Shown here in pieces: positions 24,857 through 30,152 of a stretch of 30,152 nt of DNA. A program made the position numbers and the translations under genes. Numbering within the stretch: position 1 is the first letter of the stretch; each line of letters begins with the position of its first letter. Location: positions 1 through 30,152 of the forward strand of contig JABMSC010000132.1 of NCBI GenBank assembly GCA_013204685.1. Reading direction: 5' to 3'. Under the pieces are notes generated by a model, which was not told the DNA's origin, searched no databases, and saw only the letters and a program-made list of their open reading frames with translations. This DNA comes from Candidatus Omnitrophota bacterium (GTDB taxonomy: Bacteria; Omnitrophota; Gorgyraeia; Tantalellales; Tantalellaceae).

Positions 24857-26563
24857 ATGAGGTGGAGCAATACATTTATCCCCACGCTAAAAGAAGATCC
24901 GCAGGATGCAGAGGCGATAAGCCACAAACTTATGGTGAGGGCGGGTCTGATAAGACGTCTTACCGCTGGAGCTTATATTTATCTTCCGATGGGATATAGA
25001 GCCTTGCGTAAAGCTGAGGAAATAGTTCGAGAGGAGATGAATGCCGGCGGCGGGGCGGAACTTTTTATGCCGGCATTGCAGCCTCCGGAATTGTGGAAAA
25101 AAACCGGACGGTATGATGACATGGGCGATGTAATGATCAAGTATACCGACCGTCACGGCAAAGAAATCGCCCTGGGGCCGACCCACGAAGAAGTGGTTAC
25201 GGATCTCGTTTCAAGAGAGGTAAGGTCATACAAGGATATCCCCCTTATACTTTATCAGATCCAGACAAAGTTTCGGGATGAAGTTCGTCCAAGGTTCGGG
25301 GTTGTGCGCAGCTGTGAATTCATCATGAAGGATGCCTATAGCTTTGATGCCGATGTGGAGGCAATGGAGGCCAGCTATAAAAAGATGTATGATGCATATT
25401 GCAGAATATTTAAAAGATGCGGTGTGCCGTATGTTGCAGTTGAGGCCGATCCGGGGCTTATGGGAGGTACCGTTTCTCACGAATTTATGGTTCCTTCAAA
25501 AATGGGCGAAGATAGAATAATAATATGTTCTCAGTGCGGATATGCAGCAAGCACTGAAGTTGCGGGAGCATCTTCAAAGGATGATCGGAAGAAAGATCCC
25601 GAAAAGCCAAAAAACATCGAAGAAGTCAGCACGCCTGGATTAAGCACGGCCATGGATGTAAGCAAATTCCTTAAAGTGGATCCGCGAGACTTGATAAAAA
25701 CTCTCATATATATTGCAGATGATGAGCCGATCGCTGTTCTTGTGAGGGGCGATCATGAAGCTAACGAAACCAAGATAAAAAATAAACTGAGCGCGAAAAC
25801 ACTTGAGTTGGCTGATGAAGAAAAGGTGAAAGAAGTTACCGGCGGAGATATGGGTTTTTCCGGGCCGGTAGATCTGGGTATCAGGATATATGGGGATGAC
25901 TCTGTCAAAAATATGGTAAATGCAGTAGCAGGCGCCAACAAGAAGGATACGCATCTGGTAAACGTCAATCCCGGGAAGGATTTTAAGGTTCACCAATGGA
26001 TGGATGCAAGGATAATAACGGAAACTGATCCGTGCCCAAAATGCGGAAGCGATATTGAACTCAAACAGGCTATTGAGATAGGGCATACGTTTAAACTCGG
26101 CACAAAATATTCAGAACCCTTAAATGCTAAGTTTCTGGATGAAAAAGGCAAGGAATGTCTGATAATAATGGGCTGTTACGGCATAGGTATAAACCGGATA
26201 CTTGCCTCCCTGATAGAAACAAGCTGTGATAAGGACGGAATAATCTGGCCGGTTTCGATAGCGCCTTGTGAGGTCGTTGTAATCCCCGTAAAAAGAGAAG
26301 ATGAGGACCTTTTCTCCGAAGCGGAACGTGTTTACGAGGAGCTTTGTGAAGCCGGTGTTGATGTGATACTGGATGACAGAAAAAAGACCATTGGGGTCAA
26401 GTTTAAGGATGCAGACCTCATAGGGTTTCCCGGCCAGGTGATAATTGGAAGTAAAGGACTTAAGGAAGGAAAAGTAGAAGTGAAGAGCAGGGCAACCGGG
26501 GAAAATTCTTTTGTGGATAAAGATAAGGTTGTGGAGTCTGTGAAGGCGATATTAGGGGATTGA
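24857..26563 (+). CDS. proS: Proline--tRNA ligase (bacterial type with editing insertion)
   Basis: 'SHKLMVRAG', 'LGPTHEE', 'QTKFRDEVRPRFG', 'MKDAYSF', 'EIGHTFKLGTKYS', 'MGCYGIGINR'. Confidence 0.97.
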   Translation: MRWSNTFIPTLKEDPQDAEAISHKLMVRAGLIRRLTAGAYIYLPMGYRALRKAEEIVREEMNAGGGAELFMPALQPPELWKKTGRYDDMGDVMIKYTDRHGKEIALGPTHEEVVTDLVSREVRSYKDIPLILYQIQTKFRDEVRPRFGVVRSCEFIMKDAYSFDADVEAMEASYKKMYDAYCRIFKRCGVPYVAVEADPGLMGGTVSHEFMVPSKMGEDRIIICSQCGYAASTEVAGASSKDDRKKDPEKPKNIEEVSTPGLSTAMDVSKFLKVDPRDLIKTLIYIADDEPIAVLVRGDHEANETKIKNKLSAKTLELADEEKVKEVTGGDMGFSGPVDLGIRIYGDDSVKNMVNAVAGANKKDTHLVNVNPGKDFKVHQWMDARIITETDPCPKCGSDIELKQAIEIGHTFKLGTKYSEPLNAKFLDEKGKECLIIMGCYGIGINRILASLIETSCDKDGIIWPVSIAPCEVVVIPVKREDEDLFSEAERVYEELCEAGVDVILDDRKKTIGVKFKDADLIGFPGQVIIGSKGLKEGKVEVKSRATGENSFVDKDKVVESVKAILGD

Positions 26564-26571
26564 GTGAAAAA

Positions 26572-26630
26572 GGGTATCGGATTATCAGGTTATCAGGTTT
26601 TTTCCTGGTGTCCCGATGTCCCGATAACCT
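26572..26630. repeat. Octamer-based inverted repeat (TTATCAGG/TATCGG versus CCCGATGT/CCCGATAA)
   Basis: Three degenerate units on each arm around a T-loop, just after the proS stop. Confidence 0.6.
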
Positions 26631-26644
26631 AAAGTGGAGCTGCT

Positions 26645-27073
26645 ATGAATAAAATCAAGGTACTTTTCGTATGCGTGCATAACTCAGCACGCAGTCAAAT
26701 AGCGGAAGCTTATTTAAATAATCTTGCCGGAGAGCATTTCGAAGCCGAAAGTGCCGGTTTGGAGCCGGGAGCGCTTAATCCTCTTGTAGTTAGATCAATG
26801 GCCGCGGAAGGGATAGACATCTCTTCCAAAAAAACAAAAAGCGTCCAAGGTATGATCGATAAGGGGATTCAGTATGATTATGCAGTAACAGTGTGCGACG
26901 AAGCAAGCGCCGAAAAATGTCCTCTTTTCCCGGGAGGAGCCAAACATGTGCATTGGGGGTTTGACGACCCTTCACAATTTACAGGATCTGAAGAGGAAAA
27001 GCTGGAAAAGATAAAGATCGTAAGAGACGAGATAAAGAACCGCATTGACAGGTGGATCGAAGAAGTGGGGTAA
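26645..27073 (+). CDS. arsC: Arsenate reductase, thioredoxin-coupled LMW-PTP type
   Basis: P-loop 'FVCVHNSARSQIAE', 'SAGLEPG', resolving Cys pair 'TVCDEASAEKCPLFPG', 'HWGFDDP', 'VRDEI'. Confidence 0.85.
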   Translation: MNKIKVLFVCVHNSARSQIAEAYLNNLAGEHFEAESAGLEPGALNPLVVRSMAAEGIDISSKKTKSVQGMIDKGIQYDYAVTVCDEASAEKCPLFPGGAKHVHWGFDDPSQFTGSEEEKLEKIKIVRDEIKNRIDRWIEEVG

Positions 27074-27087
27074 ATTAGGAGGGCAAA

Positions 27088-27426
27088 GTGGTAATATTCC
27101 AGTACTTATCATTTATAACAGCGGTTATGGGCGTGGCCGTAATAGTATGGGGCGTAGTTGTAACTTTTTTTGAACTTTTATATGTTGAGAGTAAGCGTAT
27201 AAGAGGACAGCATATTGCTCAGAAATGGGAGTTCGTAAGGCATCATCTTGGATTTTATATCTTGATGGGGCTTGAGTTTATGATCGCGGCAGATATTATT
27301 ATGACGCTCATAAGGCCGTCTTTGCAGGAAATAGCCATTCTGGGGTCTATGGTAATGATCAGAACAGTGATAAGTTATTTTCTGGATAAGGAGATGGCTC
27401 AGGGACACGTGTATGGCGGGGACTGA
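27088..27426 (+). CDS. DUF1622-family small membrane protein
   Basis: 'LGFYILMGLEFMIAADIIMTL..P', 'IRTVISYFLDKEM', and three hydrophobic segments. Confidence 0.85.
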   Translation: MVIFQYLSFITAVMGVAVIVWGVVVTFFELLYVESKRIRGQHIAQKWEFVRHHLGFYILMGLEFMIAADIIMTLIRPSLQEIAILGSMVMIRTVISYFLDKEMAQGHVYGGD

Positions 27427-27444
27427 CAAAACAAAAATTATAGG

Positions 27445-28020
27445 ATGGATATTATGAAAATTAAAACTACATTAAGTATCGTCGCAATCTCTTTATTTTT
27501 AATGGTTTCAGCTGGTGCCCAGACCTTATCCACGCAAAACGAATACTGGCCCGACGGCAAAATAAGAGTTTCCAAAAAGATAGATGATTTAGGAAACATC
27601 ATGGCCGTTGCTTATTGCCGGGAGGATGGCACACTGGAGCAGGATGTTAAGTATGACATGGAGGGTAATAAAATAGAAGTAAGTTATTACGGTGAAAACG
27701 GACGGCTCCGGCCCGGTGCTGACGGTTGGGCCGCTATACGGAACCAGTATCAGGGTGGAAATCTTGTTATGGAAAGTTATTACGGAGCGGATGGTAAACT
27801 TATAGAACGCAAACAATATAATAGCGTAGGAGACCTTGTCTCTAGACAGTATGTTGGCGACGGTCAGCTTCCTGCTGAAGAATTTAACCCGGCTCCGACT
27901 CTGGCTGGGACGACAGAGAGTTTTTATGATTCTAGCGGCAGGCCCGAAGGTACTACCTCGGTAGTCCGCGATGATGACGACTGGCCGTGGTGGCATCATC
28001 GAAGATGGCGGAATAGATAA
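27445..28020 (+). CDS. Secreted protein with MORN/YD-like beta-hairpin repeats (YwqK-like)
   Basis: Signal peptide ending 'AGA-Q' (start may be 27454). Repeats Y(Y/W)xxGxL..K(Y)DxxGN. Trp/Arg-rich C-terminal tail. Confidence 0.6.
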   Translation: MDIMKIKTTLSIVAISLFLMVSAGAQTLSTQNEYWPDGKIRVSKKIDDLGNIMAVAYCREDGTLEQDVKYDMEGNKIEVSYYGENGRLRPGADGWAAIRNQYQGGNLVMESYYGADGKLIERKQYNSVGDLVSRQYVGDGQLPAEEFNPAPTLAGTTESFYDSSGRPEGTTSVVRDDDDWPWWHHRRWRNR

Positions 28021-28070
28021 TGATGCCTTGTCTTTAGAATTCGAATGTAGCGTTACTTCTCCCCAAAAAC

Positions 28071-28184
28071 ATGATTAGCATAATCGTTCCTATTTACAAT
28101 GAAGAACAGATCCTCCTAAAGAATTCAGATCATTTCCAGTTTTCATCCAGTTATTCAGAATATAAAAAAAGAGCGAAAGGGTAA
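28071..28184 (+). pseudogene. N-terminal remnant of a family 2 glycosyltransferase
   Basis: ATG 28071 translates MISIIVPIYNEEQILLKN..., the classic GT2 start, then loses similarity and stops after 37 aa. Confidence 0.65.
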
Positions 28185-28232
28185 GCGTATAGGAATGACT
28201 TAACGCCTACCCCTTAACGCTTACCGCTGAAT
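28179..28232. repeat. Inverted/tandem GCGTTAA-family heptamer repeat
   Basis: GGTAAGCGT pairs with ACGCTTACC. The reverse complement ATTCAGCGGTAAGCGTTAAG..GGCGTTAA resembles 12085-12111. Confidence 0.6.
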
Positions 28233-28236
28233 ATGC

Positions 28237-28265
28237 TTGACAACACTATATTATTATTATAAAAT
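28237..28265 (+). promoter_or_regulatory. Sigma70 promoter of rimP-nusA
   Basis: Perfect TTGACA (28237-42), 17 nt, TAAAAT (28260-65). Confidence 0.75.
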
Positions 28266-28294
28266 CACGTAGAACCTAAGGGAGCAACTAAGAG

Positions 28295-28324
28295 TAAGTG
28301 GGCCAAGCGCCCACTTATTTTTTT
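28295..28324 (+). terminator. Leader terminator/attenuator upstream of rimP
   Basis: TAAGTGGGC-caagc-GCCCACTTA stem followed by T7, lying between the promoter and rimP. Confidence 0.75.
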
Positions 28325-28401
28325 GGAAGTTTTACATAATGTAAAATCTCCAAAAAAACAACAGAAAGACCAACATTAAGTGCCATAACAAAAGGGTTTA
28401 C

Positions 28402-28866
28402 ATGGGCGCTAATATACCTGAAGAACTTATGAGTTTCATTTCTGACCAGGCCGGACGGGATGGTTACCGGATAGTTAACGTATCCGGGAAAAGCGGCAGA
28501 TCTTTTTATCTGGAAATAGTGCTTGATAAGAAAGATGCAGCCATTACTCTTGACGAGTGCACTGATTTTAATAGAAAAGTGTCTTTCTGGATAGAAGAAG
28601 GAAATGCCGGCAGCCAGGACTATGCTGTAGATGTCTGTTCACCGGGCCTGGACAGGGAGCTTAAAAGCGACAGTGAATTCAAGTGGGCAGAAGGGAAACT
28701 CGTCGAAGTTAAGCTGCACGAACCGGTAGAAACCGGCAATGTTGTTGTCGGGAAGCTTCTGGGGCGAGAGGAAAACGGCGATATTGATATTGAAACTGAA
28801 GATACAAAAACAATTGCTGTCGAAAGCAGTAATGCGGCAAAAGTAAAATTAAAACCTGAACTTTAA
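28402..28866 (+). CDS. rimP: Ribosome maturation factor RimP
   Basis: 'LEIVLDK..ITLDECTDFNR', 'VDVCSPGLDRELK', and position upstream of nusA. Confidence 0.9.
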   Translation: MGANIPEELMSFISDQAGRDGYRIVNVSGKSGRSFYLEIVLDKKDAAITLDECTDFNRKVSFWIEEGNAGSQDYAVDVCSPGLDRELKSDSEFKWAEGKLVEVKLHEPVETGNVVVGKLLGREENGDIDIETEDTKTIAVESSNAAKVKLKPEL

Positions 28867-28915
28867 AGGGGACCTGAAGCACAGGGCCCTGATATTAAAA
28901 TGAACGGAGAATGAA

Positions 28916-30152
28916 ATGAACGGAGCATTGTTATCAGCACTGGAAAAGATAGAAAGAGAAAAAGGCATAAGCAAAGAGATCTTATTCGAGGCCATTGAAA
29001 GCGCGCTTGTGAGCGCCGCTCGAAAGGTCATAGATGACCCAAATATCACTAAAGAGGACATAGAGGTCAGGATAGATGCGGAAACCGGCGAGATCGGGAT
29101 CTTCATGGATGACGAAGAAGTGGAAAGTGCCAGGTTTGGAAGGATCGCGGCCCAGACCGCCAAGCAGGTGATCATCCAGAAGATACGTGAAGCGGAAAGA
29201 GATGTGATCCATGATAAGTATATCAAAAAAGTCGGAACTATAATCAGCGGTGCGGTTCACCGGTTTGACAAAGGAAACGTTCTCGTCGAACTGGATGATG
29301 CTGAAGCGGTCCTCCCTAAAACACATCAGATACCGCGCGAAAAGTTCCGCCAGGGCGAAGTAATAAGAGCGTATCTTATTTCTGTGGAGAGAAACACTTC
29401 GGGCCCTGAGATAGTTTTATCCCGTACCGATGAGGGATTTGTGAAAAAGTTATTCGAACTTGAAGTTCCCGAAATATCGCAGGGCGTTGTAGAAATAATG
29501 GCGCTCGCCAGGGAACCGGGCGAAAGAACGAAACTGGCCGTTCATTCAAAGGATGAGAAGGTTGACCCGGTAGGCGCGTGTGTCGGCATGCGCGGATCCA
29601 GGGTGAGAGATATAGTAAAGGAGCTGCACGGGGAAAGGATAGATATAATCAGGTGGGATGAGGATATACGAATTTATCTCCCCTCAGCCGTCAGCCCGGC
29701 TGAAATAACACGAATGGTTATAGATCGGGAAAATAACACTATAAAAGTAACCGTTCCCAAGGATCAGTTAGCTCTTTTAATAGGAAAGAAGGGGAGGAAT
29801 ATAAGACTGGCTTCCAAACTATTGGACTGGGAATTGATAGCTGATTCGGAAAGAGAAACGGTTGATATTTCTTTGTCGGAAGTTGATGGCATAGGAAAGA
29901 AGACGCTTGAAAAACTTCTGGAAGGCGGCTATGACAATGTGGATAAAGTGCTTAATGACGGAGTAGATGAACTTGTCAAGCTGGAAGGAATAGGCGAAAA
30001 GATAGCTCAGAAAGCATATAATGCCTGTGAAAAAGTTTACTTAGAAGTCGTAGGAAGCTCTCTTGAGGAGGAAGAAAAGGAAAAAGCTGAAGAAGAGCAG
30101 GAAGCCAAAGAACAGCCGGAAGCCGCTAAAGGTGAGGGAGAAACTCCGGAAG
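28916..30152 (+). CDS. nusA: Transcription termination/antitermination factor NusA, runs off the window end
   Basis: Manual translation gives 'MNGALLSALEKIEREKGISKE', 'FGRIAAQTAKQVIIQKIREAER', 'SRT', 'AREPGERTK', 'DPVGACVGMRGSRV', 'IGKKGRNIRLA', then HhH-like repeats and an acidic tail. No stop before 30152. Confidence 0.96.
   Translation, partial: MNGALLSALEKIEREKGISKEILFEAIESALVSAARKVIDDPNITKEDIEVRIDAETGEIGIFMDDEEVESARFGRIAAQTAKQVIIQKIREAERDVIHDKYIKKVGTIISGAVHRFDKGNVLVELDDAEAVLPKTHQIPREKFRQGEVIRAYLISVERNTSGPEIVLSRTDEGFVKKLFELEVPEISQGVVEIMALAREPGERTKLAVHSKDEKVDPVGACVGMRGSRVRDIVKELHGERIDIIRWDEDIRIYLPSAVSPAEITRMVIDRENNTIKVTVPKDQLALLIGKKGRNIRLASKLLDWELIADSERETVDISLSEVDGIGKKTLEKLLEGGYDNVDKVLNDGVDELVKLEGIGEKIAQKAYNACEKVYLEVVGSSLEEEEKEKAEEEQEAKEQPEAAKGEGETPE

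Noticed and set aside
998-29326. Many minus-strand ORFs of 60-230 aa (e.g. 14218-14913, 20091-20675, 17906-18439)
   Set aside because: All lie antisense to well-supported + strand genes and show no recognisable motifs, as expected for shadow ORFs.
1-30152. All genes on one strand
   Set aside because: Ordinary for conserved housekeeping operons with leading-strand bias.

Overview
Housekeeping window from a diderm (LPS-producing), probably anaerobic bacterium. Candidatus Omnitrophota is my tentative guess from recalled protein and repeat styles, not from a search. All real genes are on the + strand. The order is: heptosyltransferase (partial), trxA, rfaE1, kdsBADC, queDCEF, lipid A acyltransferase, an LptC-LptA fusion, lptB, long HPF, tig, clpP, class V aminotransferase, serA, a Dehalococcoides-type Re-citrate synthase/homocitrate synthase-like gene, purA split by a -1 frameshift, an OmpA/MotB-domain lipoprotein, uppS-cdsA-dxr-rseP-ispG-proS, a small accessory islet (arsC, DUF1622, secreted beta-hairpin repeat protein, GT2 remnant), rimP and nusA (partial). 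I saw no tRNA, rRNA, CRISPR array or transposase. The most unusual signal is non-coding. The intergenic spaces hold several families of small palindromic elements: one shows base-pair covariation and abuts stop codons, and another is a ~30-35 bp CCCCGTTA...TAACGGGG element with apparent target-site duplications that sits inside other repeats. These elements are stacked at places where genes often found in this order (rpoN, clpX, direct proS-rimP adjacency) are missing. Mobility and function are inferences that need whole-genome checks.
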